This document shows positions 8,451 to 17,355 of a DNA stretch of 64,000 nt, one piece after another. Source of the stretch: Oligoflexales bacterium. GTDB taxonomy: Bacteria; Bdellovibrionota_B; Oligoflexia; Oligoflexales; RGVZ01. Positions within the stretch are counted from its first letter, which is position 1; every line of letters starts with the position of its first letter. The position numbers and the translations under genes are program-made. The notes under the pieces are model-generated. The model was given only the letters and a program-made list of their open reading frames with translations. It ran no database searches and was not told the DNA's origin. The stretch is taken from NCBI GenBank assembly GCA_044360315.1, contig JBIKKO010000001.1:43377-107376 (forward strand). The letters run 5' to 3'.

Positions 8451-11193
8451 ACGCTCCATACCTTCCGTGATAACAATGGGGTCATTCTGGACCTTCAACT
8501 TACTTGCGGGATTTGTTGGGCTTTTGGTCTTGCTTCCTGCCTTTGTGACGCTTCTGGGGGCCTTCATCTCATCTGGCCAGGCTTCTATTGAATACCCCTT
8601 CATGCTACTTCTGCTTAGTATTTTACCGCTACTTAGCATTTACGTCGCATTACGACACGTCCCGACCGGAGATTGGCGTCGGCTCCTCACCTTTTTTTGC
8701 ACTATCGAGTACCCGCTAATTATCTTGTTTCTTTGTCGATGTGTCCTGTTTCAGGATTTATCGTGGGGTCTAATCGCGAATCAGATTGTTTTGGTGTTAG
8801 GAGTCATTACCCAAGGCTGCCTCATGATTACGGGGCAAGAACGTCTCAAAAAATCAGCCCAGGCACTCACTTTCTGCGTCCAGATAATTTACCTAATATT
8901 TCTGTTCAAAATCGCGCTGATTGTATTGATCCCAGTGCTACCCGGTATTGTTGGGCTTATGAAATCAGTTCCTACTTTTCTTCTAGACTCACGTATGATT
9001 GCGAGCTTACTCATGATTGTTGTAGTCCTTGGCCCAATCGCCTTGCTCGTATTTTTCCTAACGGTATTTCCGACGTTTGCATTGACATGCACAAGTCTTC
9101 TCCAGTTGAAAGAATCGTTCCACACGGTGAAATCTCGGATTGGAGTAGCGCAATCCACCGGAATAATCGGTCTCGCAATCTTGGCTTTTGTAGGAATCAG
9201 GCAAATTGCGTTAATTCAGCCGCAAGAAGGCGTTTTTGAGCTGTTGGACAAAGACTTCAATGAACCGAGTGGCAAGCGCTTACTTTCTGATCAGGAAGGA
9301 CATATTAGACGAGGTTTGCTCAATGCGTACTTATCCTCTTATAGATACCTTACTGATCAGACCCGTCCTCCGAATGTTGGTCAAACGTACAGCAGGTATA
9401 TAGAAACCGTTGGGCGCAAGTCAGAAGAGCGAATCAATCACTTTTACAATGGCCTAATAGCGGAATTCATCTATCAAGGTGATCGCAATGCGGATTCCGC
9501 ATTGGCAGAACAGTGGTATTTGCGCTTCTTTGACAAAGATATGCAAGAAGCTGAACGCTCGGCTATTAATACCGCACTTAGGTCGTCATTGTTTAGCGGG
9601 GAGAGTGCGGGCGGTCTCATTGACATTGATGCCGAGAACGTCTTGCTCCGAAAGCAGCAAATTGAAATTACGGAAGCGGATGATTTGGCGGAAATCACGG
9701 TCCACGAAAGTTACTCGTCCGAATCTGTTCGCATTGAGGAAGTGGTTTATCATTTTGCACTTCCTGAAGATACCGCTCTGACCGGACTCTGGCTTAGTGA
9801 TGGTAGCAATCCCGAGAAAAAGTTTGCCTTCCGAATCAGCCCACGTGGAGCAGCTCAAAGCGTCTACAACAGCATTGTTGCTGAGCGGCAGGATCCAGCA
9901 CTCCTGGAACAGGTTGGTCCCAATATTTATCGTTTACGCGTGTTTCCAATTACTCAAACAAATGTGGGCCGCGCGGCAGAACGTGTCGATATGCATATGT
10001 GGTTTTCCTATGTTGCAGCTCCTGATGCTACGGGTAATTGGCCGGTCCCGCAGCTAATCGAAAGGCGAAACGTATACTGGGACGATAGAACAGAGCGCAC
10101 GGTTAATGGGCAAACAGTCAAAAATTCTGACGATTGGTTTACAAAATTTTCGGTGAAACCCAGTCATAAAGCGAGCGAACTCGAATTTCTTTGGAATCGC
10201 TATAAAGTGAGCAGGAGTTTACTGACGGACGAAAACAGTTTGGCAGCGGGGAAAATCGGTCCAGTGGCAGTTATCATTGATACGTCGCGCAGTATGAAAG
10301 AATATCTTCCTGGTATTCGCGATCAATTGCCCAGATATTCACAATATAATCTTGAGTTTTTTACGTTAGATAACGGCAAGCTGGTGCTCCATGGTTCACC
10401 TAAGTCTGGCGAGTTGCAGCTGTCGGCTTTTGGGCGGTCTTCCATAAATCAGCTCATCGATGCCTATCAAGAGAATAATAAAAACTATAGTGCGCTCCTT
10501 ATCTTAACAGATGAGGGTAACTACGATGAGAAATGGCTCTTACGCGGAAATCTTCCACCAACTTTCATCATCCATTATGGGCAGAAACATCCACGAGATT
10601 ATGGCGACGATTTGAGCGTTTTTCTAATGACCAGTGGTAACGGAATAGCATTTTCAATCGATGAAGCACTAAAGCGACTCACTGTGATTGAGCGACTGTC
10701 AGAAACGAACGACTCGTCGTATTTTCGGATTACCGAAAACTCAATCTGGCGCTTTGCGGAACAAAAGGAAGGCGTTGATCCTCGTCAGAAGACCTTAAAG
10801 CCAAGCGCACCTATGCAAGCATTGGCAGCGAAGGAGCTTATTCCTTACTTGGCGCATTCTAGGAAGGAAGTGGACAGTAAAGTCAAAGTAGAAGCGTTGA
10901 ATCGGGTCCACGAGCAAGCCATTCAGAATGGAATCGTGACTTTATTTTCGTCTATGATCGTTCTGGTAAACGACCGACAACAAAAGGCTTTGGACGAGGC
11001 TGAGACCAAGAGCAATAAATTTGAGCGTAAGACAGAAACGGGCATTGAAGCTTTGCAAGGAATGGTTGGTAGCATTTCAGCAACCCCTGAACCGCATGAA
11101 TGGGTTCTATTCGGTCTTGTCATGATCGCACTCCTGGTCTTTCTCAAGAAACAGGATTTAAGACCGGTGTTGGCTTTGTACAAACGGAAGTAA
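8431..11193 (+). CDS. 920-aa polytopic membrane protein with VIT-like and von Willebrand A domains and a PEP-CTERM-like C-terminal sorting tail
   Basis: About 8 hydrophobic helices in aa 15-260. VIT-like VVYHFALPEDTALTGLWL...QDPALLEQVGPNIYRLRVFPI. vWA MIDAS VAVIIDTSRSM and LLILTDEG. Tail TPEP-HEWVLFGLVMIALLVFL-KKQ (PEP at 11086-11094). There is a 20-nt overlap with the exosortase gene. Confidence 0.75.
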   Translation: MTYAASKRSIPSVITMGSFWTFNLLAGFVGLLVLLPAFVTLLGAFISSGQASIEYPFMLLLLSILPLLSIYVALRHVPTGDWRRLLTFFCTIEYPLIILFLCRCVLFQDLSWGLIANQIVLVLGVITQGCLMITGQERLKKSAQALTFCVQIIYLIFLFKIALIVLIPVLPGIVGLMKSVPTFLLDSRMIASLLMIVVVLGPIALLVFFLTVFPTFALTCTSLLQLKESFHTVKSRIGVAQSTGIIGLAILAFVGIRQIALIQPQEGVFELLDKDFNEPSGKRLLSDQEGHIRRGLLNAYLSSYRYLTDQTRPPNVGQTYSRYIETVGRKSEERINHFYNGLIAEFIYQGDRNADSALAEQWYLRFFDKDMQEAERSAINTALRSSLFSGESAGGLIDIDAENVLLRKQQIEITEADDLAEITVHESYSSESVRIEEVVYHFALPEDTALTGLWLSDGSNPEKKFAFRISPRGAAQSVYNSIVAERQDPALLEQVGPNIYRLRVFPITQTNVGRAAERVDMHMWFSYVAAPDATGNWPVPQLIERRNVYWDDRTERTVNGQTVKNSDDWFTKFSVKPSHKASELEFLWNRYKVSRSLLTDENSLAAGKIGPVAVIIDTSRSMKEYLPGIRDQLPRYSQYNLEFFTLDNGKLVLHGSPKSGELQLSAFGRSSINQLIDAYQENNKNYSALLILTDEGNYDEKWLLRGNLPPTFIIHYGQKHPRDYGDDLSVFLMTSGNGIAFSIDEALKRLTVIERLSETNDSSYFRITENSIWRFAEQKEGVDPRQKTLKPSAPMQALAAKELIPYLAHSRKEVDSKVKVEALNRVHEQAIQNGIVTLFSSMIVLVNDRQQKALDEAETKSNKFERKTETGIEALQGMVGSISATPEPHEWVLFGLVMIALLVFLKKQDLRPVLALYKRK

Positions 11194-11198
11194 TTGAA

Positions 11199-11939
11199 AT
11201 GCCATTCACAGTTTCCCATATTGCGGCAGTACTACCCCTAAAACGGTTGCCGTTATGTTTTCCCGCTCTGGTTATTGGGGCGATGAGTCCCGACTTTACT
11301 TACGTTATCGAAGTTTTCGGTCCGAGCATCGAAGCTCATTCCATTTATGGAATCTTGTATTTTTGTCTGCCAGTTTCATGGTTGGTTTTATTTGTCTACA
11401 AATCCTTTCTTAGATACGCCTGGGAAAAATTGTTCCCGTGGCTCAACGGTGAGAGTCGCCCATATGGGTGGTATGTAATTCCACTCTCCATCATCCTAGG
11501 AGCCGCAACACACGTAGTTTGGGATAGTTTCACCCACCGCCACGGGTACGCCGTCATTCATATAAATGCCCTACAGTGGATGCTCTTCAGAGTCGGAACG
11601 TATCCCGTGACGGTCTTTAAGATTCTCCAACATGGAAGCACTGTAGGTGGGGGATTTGCAGTTGCCGTGGGAATTTATCGAGCCGCAAGACGCTCGGACC
11701 AAAGAAAATTTGTGACGTCGAAGCCAACTCTGGCTGCGTTAGTGATTGCAACTTTCTTCGTTACCCTGCTTATCAGTTTTCAATTTTTATTAAGTCTGGA
11801 AGCGCAATTTCACATGCCGCATGGGCTATTAGTTATGCGAATGGCGATTCGATTGCTTGCAGCATTGGTGGTTGTCACGATTACCTACCCATTTTCTGTC
11901 TGGGTTCAGAGAAAGACCGGAGGAAACCCATGCAGATAG
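11199..11939 (+). CDS. DUF4184-like membrane protein
   Basis: I prefer the internal ATG at 11199, giving MPFTVSHIAAVLPL, over the track start at 11100 inside the upstream gene. That N-terminus is the one I recall for DUF4184. Multiple TM helices and His-rich HVVWDSFTHRHG. Confidence 0.6.
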   Translation: MPFTVSHIAAVLPLKRLPLCFPALVIGAMSPDFTYVIEVFGPSIEAHSIYGILYFCLPVSWLVLFVYKSFLRYAWEKLFPWLNGESRPYGWYVIPLSIILGAATHVVWDSFTHRHGYAVIHINALQWMLFRVGTYPVTVFKILQHGSTVGGGFAVAVGIYRAARRSDQRKFVTSKPTLAALVIATFFVTLLISFQFLLSLEAQFHMPHGLLVMRMAIRLLAALVVVTITYPFSVWVQRKTGGNPCR

Positions 11940-12397
11940 AGGTGAGTCGCATTGTTCGCAAGACTATTCGGTTTATGTTTTGGGTTGTTTTTGCCCCGGT
12001 CATTCCGTTAGTCGCTACCCTTTTAGTCTCCATTGTGGGGTCTATCTATGAAGATTTTCGTCTCCGAAACATCAAGACACCTGGTTTTTTCAACGTCTGC
12101 TTTGATGTGACTTATCCAGGCGCGGGTGACCGATATAGAGAATATTTTGTAGTAGACTGCAAGGACAGGGACAAAAATTTCGCCGCTCAAAGTATCGGTG
12201 CCAACTGGGGTGAACTTTCGTATGACGACCTGGACGGCGATGGTGTAGCCGAAGTGATACTTACTTCCGAACGAGGGATATTCGATGGGTCTTGTGCCGA
12301 CGAGACGAAAACTGTTTACAAGCTACATGTCGGACCTCCTGCTGTGATTTCCGAAATCAGTGTTCGGAAACGAACCGGTCCTAGATATGACGTATAA
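11930..12397 (+). CDS. hypothetical N-terminally anchored protein with an FG-GAP/calcium-loop-like DDLDGDGVAEVIL motif
   Basis: 10-nt overlap with the DUF4184 gene. One TM helix, then a soluble domain. No recognisable family. Confidence 0.45.
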   Translation: MQIEVSRIVRKTIRFMFWVVFAPVIPLVATLLVSIVGSIYEDFRLRNIKTPGFFNVCFDVTYPGAGDRYREYFVVDCKDRDKNFAAQSIGANWGELSYDDLDGDGVAEVILTSERGIFDGSCADETKTVYKLHVGPPAVISEISVRKRTGPRYDV

Positions 12398-12632
12398 ATT
12401 TTACGAAGCGCATCTAAAGTTCCACCCCATAAGACTGAAGCGTGTTTGGATTAGAAGTATTTTCGGTTCACCGGCTGAGGCCCCCAATTGGGTAGTTTAG
12501 CCGTTCGCAAATCGCGGCAGATTGCCCGGTATAGACACTCCCGTCGATCTTAATGTTCTCAAAGGAACGTTGGAGGACCTTTCGTCATTTTGACGGTGTT
12601 AGGCGGTCAGTTGATTTGTAAGTGATGACGTC

Positions 12633-12983
12633 ATGCGGAGATTTGAAAGAACCAAAAAAGTGCTGGCCAGTCTTGCTTGGATCACATTTGTCTTTTTTCA
12701 CGTGATCACGATTTTCCTTTATGTCACTATGGGTCTTCCAGAGTACCTTTGGTTTTGTTCTGTAGAAGGGATGCATTTATGCTCTTTGCATCCTATGAGT
12801 TGCCCAATTGAAGGAGGAGAGGAAATCGTTCCTACACAACCATTTACAGCAAGCGAATTAGCGGCGGTTGAAGCCGGAGGCGGGTTGGACCCTCACTCTT
12901 TCGGCATTTTACATACAGTGATTGTTTTGGCAATAATAATTTACATCGGAAAGAAGGTGTACACTCGCCATGTGAGGAGCTAG
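12633..12983 (+). CDS. hypothetical small membrane protein
   Basis: Two hydrophobic helices (WITFVFFHVITIFLYV, ILHTVIVLAIIIYIG). No family recognised, and coding status is uncertain. Confidence 0.3.
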   Translation: MRRFERTKKVLASLAWITFVFFHVITIFLYVTMGLPEYLWFCSVEGMHLCSLHPMSCPIEGGEEIVPTQPFTASELAAVEAGGGLDPHSFGILHTVIVLAIIIYIGKKVYTRHVRS

Positions 12984-13282
12984 CTAGGTTGGATGTTACC
13001 CTTTATGATCTTCATTACGGTCGCTGGCTGCGACTTGGTCGGCACTCCCATTGAATTTGGGATTTCAGCGATCTTCCAATAGCTGTAGCCCTGGTCCCGA
13101 AGAGCCACCATCCGTTCGACAGCCTCAATCTCCCGTTGGTTCACCACCAGTCGCCCGTTTACGACGCGCTTGCCATACCCAAATTGGTGTCCGCTGTGAT
13201 ATAAGATTGACTGAAGCACTTGACCATGAATACTTTCACAGGAACCTGACCCATGAAACCAGTCGCGGTTCGGCTGCTGCAC
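12980..13282 (-). pseudogene. third, diverged fragment of a large serine recombinase (Recombinase-domain only)
   Basis: HQFGYGKRVVNGRLVVNQREIEAVERMVALRDQGYSYWKIAEIPNSMGVPTKS is homologous at protein level to the fragments at 3669-3934 and 13714-13929. No catalytic domain is present. Confidence 0.55.
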
Positions 13283-13304
13283 TAGAACTATAAAACGTTT
13301 AGGT

Positions 13305-13685
13305 TTGATTTCGATGAAGCATAAGAAATTACGAGGGCACTACTGCTGGGTGTGCGATAGAATGCTGGCCAATGAGCGATTCAGTGGCGGTGGTCACAGC
13401 CGCCATATCTGTAAAGACTGCAGCAAGCTTGGTTCAGAAGAACTATCATACCGGCAAGATGTTCGTAACATTGATCGATGCATTGGTTTCGATGGCGGCA
13501 TTAGACGGAAACAACGCAAAACTTTTGATCGTTTTCTAACCCACGAAAATCCACGAGTAAGGGAATACACATTGAAAATAAAAGAGGACATGGAAAGAAG
13601 GCGTAACACGTGGAACGAGAATGAGGATGAGGATGATTCTTACTGCGATTTTGAGATAGCCTTTATGGACGACCTGTACCGTTAG
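13305..13685 (+). CDS. hypothetical zinc-ribbon protein with an acidic C-terminus
   Basis: CWVCDR...HICKDCSK forms a CxxC...CxxC pair. The tail is charged (NENEDEDDSYCDFE). Confidence 0.45.
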   Translation: MISMKHKKLRGHYCWVCDRMLANERFSGGGHSRHICKDCSKLGSEELSYRQDVRNIDRCIGFDGGIRRKQRKTFDRFLTHENPRVREYTLKIKEDMERRRNTWNENEDEDDSYCDFEIAFMDDLYR

Positions 13686-13713
13686 CAGGCGATATCTCTG
13701 TCACCTATGATAC

Positions 13714-13929
13714 CTTCAAAATCTTCATGACTGTTGCAGGCTGCCATTTTGCTCGCCAAGACTTCGTCGGCACGCCCATGGAATTGAGGATATCGGTAAT
13801 TTTCCATTAGCTGACACTTTGTCACGGAGATCAGCCATATGCTTCATGGTATCTAATTCACGCTGGCTCACCTCAACCCGCCCCTTGATTACTTTTGATC
13901 CATATCCAATCTGCCCAGGCCGATACCAC
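13714..13929. repeat. 216-bp direct repeat, copy 2 (partner at 3669-3884); also a dead large-serine-recombinase fragment on the minus strand
   Basis: Same alignment as copy 1. The minus strand reads GRGWYRPGQIGYGSKVIKGRVEVSQRELDTMKHMADLRDK. It has the same frameshift as copy 1 plus an extra TAA (13807 mismatch). Confidence 0.9.
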
Positions 13930-13996
13930 CCTCGACCAGACCCACCATGATCATAAACCTTGGCCGAGGAACCATTCCGAAATCAAAAGATTTAAC

Positions 13997-14587
13997 TTAA
14001 TAGACAAACAATACCCCCGCAAACCAGCTCAGAACATTCCCTGTGATAGCCAAATCTTTACCAGCTGATGTGCGCTCCGTGTCAAGCCACGCCCACTCAC
14101 CGCGCCCGCCCGCCGTCAATCCAAAATTTGAACCAAGCCCCACGCGGACTCCGACATCCATCAGCAACTCAGGACGTATACTGGACTCGTCAATCCCTAG
14201 CTCCGGAATTTTTACATTCGTTAAAACCCATGATAAACCCGGTTTGAAGTAGAAAAAACCCAATGACAAGGGCAAATGAAACCAATCCCACGTAAAACGA
14301 CGATAATGTCCTGCGGCATCTCCTTTTAGAGCATGATCTGAGTAGGTAAAGTCCCAGCCCAGACCAACGGCGCCGATATATTTAACATCAACCTTGGCGC
14401 CACCGAAAATATTCAAATGATAAGCATTGGCTGGCTTCAGATAATCACGAAGCTTTCCTTGGGGAGATGCTTTACCTGCCTCCAGAAGAAGTTGTGCCGT
14501 GGCCTTGGGAGCCTCTGCGGTTGCAGTCGTCGCCAATGAAAAGCAGAATATTAGTTGAATGATGCGAACAAAGTAAGAGCGTGTCAT
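13997..14587 (-). CDS. hypothetical outer-membrane beta-barrel-like protein
   Basis: Internal ATG at 14587 gives the signal peptide MTRSYFVRIIQLIFCFSLATTATAEA. The body has alternating beta-strand-like sequence and ends in an aromatic residue (...VLFVY). Confidence 0.5.
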   Translation of the reverse strand: MTRSYFVRIIQLIFCFSLATTATAEAPKATAQLLLEAGKASPQGKLRDYLKPANAYHLNIFGGAKVDVKYIGAVGLGWDFTYSDHALKGDAAGHYRRFTWDWFHLPLSLGFFYFKPGLSWVLTNVKIPELGIDESSIRPELLMDVGVRVGLGSNFGLTAGGRGEWAWLDTERTSAGKDLAITGNVLSWFAGVLFVY

Positions 14588-14742
14588 TGCAAGTTTCTCC
14601 AAATTACATGTTATGCCTAATTTTACACAACCTCTTTGATGATACATATCTAACAATGAAATTTCCATCGTTGCCTCTGAAGCCAGACCTTCAACTGGAC
14701 CCCTGATAAGCAACTCGATCGACTCACAAGCGGAAAGAGCAC

Positions 14743-16098
14743 TTAGATTGATTGATCTTTTTCACTCAAATGTTTTATGTGAGCCAAAACACGCAAATGA
14801 ATCCTGTGAATAAACCAACGTCCATAAACCTGCCAATACCAGCCTGGCTGCATGTCAACTTGATACCACGTGCGTCCTTCAAGGCGAGTTTTACCATCCG
14901 CAGTTGGCACCAAACGAAACTCACCGCGTATAGATCTAAAGTAACCATCAAGGTGGGGGGCATCGATATGATCGTAAAACGACAGTTCCTTCATCGGCTG
15001 CGGCTGATACATAACATCAAACGCGAGTCTATTGGGCTCATCCCAAATCGTAATTGGCTCAACGAAGGCACCGGTGGAAAATTCACAGTGCCGTATCGCT
15101 CCAACTCCTTGTCCCTCAATTCGAGCACGGAGCGGATGAGCAACACCCAACTTAAATAGCCAGTCATCAGTAGGCGGCAAATCAGAAAAGCTTACGACGT
15201 TCGGCCACACTCTTGTTGTAGGAGCTTCAATCTCTATAGTTGAGAGAACAACATCTTGATGGGGACTAGTTATTTTCGACTCAAGAACTGGCATTAATGG
15301 AAGTGCTAACATCATCATTACCGGTGGAGACCTGCTAGGTTTACCATAACTTGCAATCCCAGAACCAAAGATCGCTCCAATTACCCCCAAAACAAAGCTA
15401 ATCGGAAACGACATTGCGAGACAAATGACACCCTCGAGCGCAAAAAACAGCAAGAGAAGGTGAATCATCATTATAGTCATCGCAACCACCCCCACGGTTT
15501 TCCTAAATGTCCAGGATCTTTGGTAATTAAGTAAGTACCCTTGTACAAGACCAAGAATAAATGGACTACCGACGAACAGCGAACTCGCATAAAGTTTGAG
15601 AAAATTCGTATTGAACCAAGCCAACAACACCCCGACTAGTGCAAAGACAACCGACAGCAAAAGAGGCGACATCACTAAGGATTTCGAATCTCTCTCATCA
15701 TCAAGCCTCCAGAGAGCCCTTTCTGATGACTTCACAATTGACAACCCTAAAATCAATACATAATTCAAACCAGGTACAAAAAACAAAACTCCTAACCATG
15801 GCGATAAATTGGCATCAGCGGCACGTCTAATACTCATACCCACGCCAATCCAGATAAATGGCAGACTCCACAACACAATTGCTGGTGTAAACCAATCTGG
15901 TAAAGTTCCAAAGCCAGGATACCTCGACAACACAAGCGGAGATAAGAAATTTATCGGCGTTAAAATTTTTTCTGTGGCTAAATAGTAAAGGACCAATTCA
16001 CCTAGATATTTTAGCGTCACAAGGAGCAATCCCCAGGTCAGGTATTGAACTCTGATCACACGCTGGCTTAATCCAAAAAGAAATCGCAGTTTACTCAT
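14743..16098 (-). CDS. membrane protein: DUF805-like polytopic N-terminus fused to an SRPBCC/START-like C-terminal domain
   Basis: RRAADANLSPWLGVLFFVPGLNYVLILG resembles the DUF805 signature. The C-terminal ~150 aa (WPNVVSFSDL...HCEFSTGAFVEPITIWD...RLVPTADGKTRLEGRTWY) look like a polyketide-cyclase/SRPBCC fold. Confidence 0.5.
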   Translation of the reverse strand: MSKLRFLFGLSQRVIRVQYLTWGLLLVTLKYLGELVLYYLATEKILTPINFLSPLVLSRYPGFGTLPDWFTPAIVLWSLPFIWIGVGMSIRRAADANLSPWLGVLFFVPGLNYVLILGLSIVKSSERALWRLDDERDSKSLVMSPLLLSVVFALVGVLLAWFNTNFLKLYASSLFVGSPFILGLVQGYLLNYQRSWTFRKTVGVVAMTIMMIHLLLLFFALEGVICLAMSFPISFVLGVIGAIFGSGIASYGKPSRSPPVMMMLALPLMPVLESKITSPHQDVVLSTIEIEAPTTRVWPNVVSFSDLPPTDDWLFKLGVAHPLRARIEGQGVGAIRHCEFSTGAFVEPITIWDEPNRLAFDVMYQPQPMKELSFYDHIDAPHLDGYFRSIRGEFRLVPTADGKTRLEGRTWYQVDMQPGWYWQVYGRWFIHRIHLRVLAHIKHLSEKDQSI

Positions 16099-16298
16099 CT
16101 TCGTTCCTCACAATTAAGCGCTGTAAAATCACTGAACACGCTTCCAAATCGTTGACTAGACCGCTGCCGAGATGTTACACCGAAAACGCGAGTCTGAAAA
16201 TAGTGCCTCATCCCACTCGTCAGCGACCTCCTATCAGGCCGCTGCGAGTCCATTGTATTTCGAGTTTGTAAGGTGCCCCCGAAAGTCTTGCTGCAACT

Positions 16299-17012
16299 TC
16301 ATTCAGCAATCGTTTTTGCTTTCCACGATGCTAGCCAACCATGTAGCAGCACAATCACCCCTGACATGAATGCTCCAAGCATAAGAATAGATAGAGGCTC
16401 ACTTAAACCAGCTTTCGCTACGCTATCTGAGATTAGTCCGTCTGACCACTTCGAAAAAACAATGCGATAACCAGCCGCTGCCGCGACAACACCGACCAAA
16501 AAAACTCCCGCAGCAAGATACAGTGGACCATTGGTAAACCCGCGCAATGATTCAAGAGAGTGATCTCTGAGTAAAAACCATCGGAAAACGTGCTTAAAAT
16601 TGATGAGAACACCCAAGAGACCCAAACCCAATACCGTCACAACACCTGGCCATCCTCCTTCTCGCAAAAACTCGAACATAAAACCCTCCCTTAGTACATA
16701 AAAATTAAATATGACCAGCGGCACCACACCGCTAAAGTCCACTAAGACCTGGCGCATTCCGGATGGAAGCTTGTTCAAAGTCTTTATCAGACCACTTTCA
16801 TGTAAAGCATTCAGTGACTGGATATCATCCGCCTTTAGCTCTAACTGTTCAAGCGCCCTAACTTTAGCTTCAGATTCAGAATAGCCCTCGGCACAAAACT
16901 CTTCATAGGCGCGTTCCAAATCAGACGCAACCTCTGCGATAAAAGCGCTTCGCTCTGGGTATGGGATATTTAGACGGTGCTCTAAACATCGCAATTCAGC
17001 GTCAAATCTCAT
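16299..17012 (-). CDS. membrane protein partner of the PadR regulator
   Basis: 4-nt overlap with padR. N-terminal helical domain (ERSAFIAEVASDLERAYEEF) followed by 4 TM helices, the usual architecture downstream of PadR genes. Confidence 0.55.
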   Translation of the reverse strand: MRFDAELRCLEHRLNIPYPERSAFIAEVASDLERAYEEFCAEGYSESEAKVRALEQLELKADDIQSLNALHESGLIKTLNKLPSGMRQVLVDFSGVVPLVIFNFYVLREGFMFEFLREGGWPGVVTVLGLGLLGVLINFKHVFRWFLLRDHSLESLRGFTNGPLYLAAGVFLVGVVAAAAGYRIVFSKWSDGLISDSVAKAGLSEPLSILMLGAFMSGVIVLLHGWLASWKAKTIAE

Positions 17013-17341
17013 ATCGAAAGCTCCATCAAGCCGACCATGACACTGACGAACTCCTTGTACTGGGAAACTTCCAACTCAAGACCCTTGCGCCCTTTCGCGG
17101 TGAGGCTGTACACTTTTTTTGTTTTAGCATTTCCAACGTCTTTCCAAGCCCCCTTGATCAACCCATCCTTTTCTAGCTTGTGAAGAACCGGATATAGAGA
17201 GCCAAACGATATTGAGAAGAATCCTTTGCCTTTTTCCTTCACGTAGGTCGCAATCTCATACCCATGTTTCGTCCCATCTCTTAAACTCAAGAGCACCAAA
17301 AAAGAGCTCCTTGCGCGCAGCGTTTCTGTCATACTGACCAC
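17009..17341 (-). CDS. PadR-family transcriptional regulator
   Basis: LVLLSLRDGTKHGYEIATYVKE...SFGSLYPVLHKLEKDGLIKGAW...KKVYSLTAKGRKGL is the winged-helix PadR signature. Confidence 0.85.
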   Translation of the reverse strand: MVSMTETLRARSSFLVLLSLRDGTKHGYEIATYVKEKGKGFFSISFGSLYPVLHKLEKDGLIKGAWKDVGNAKTKKVYSLTAKGRKGLELEVSQYKEFVSVMVGLMELSI

Positions 17342-17355
17342 CTATGTTTAGAATA

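Noticed and set aside
8673-9239. 188-aa alternative-frame ORF and several 70-100-aa ORFs inside the VIT-vWA gene (8889-9158, 9474-9858, 9797-10057, 10923-11219).
   Set aside because: They are fully embedded in a long ORF with clear domain content. Their translations are Arg/Ser/Cys-rich frame-shadow sequence without an RBS.
11100-11198. The track start for the DUF4184 ORF at 11100, which would overlap the VIT-vWA gene by 94 nt.
   Set aside because: The extension is read from the PEP-CTERM tail region in another frame. The ATG at 11199 gives the family-typical MPFTxSH N-terminus.
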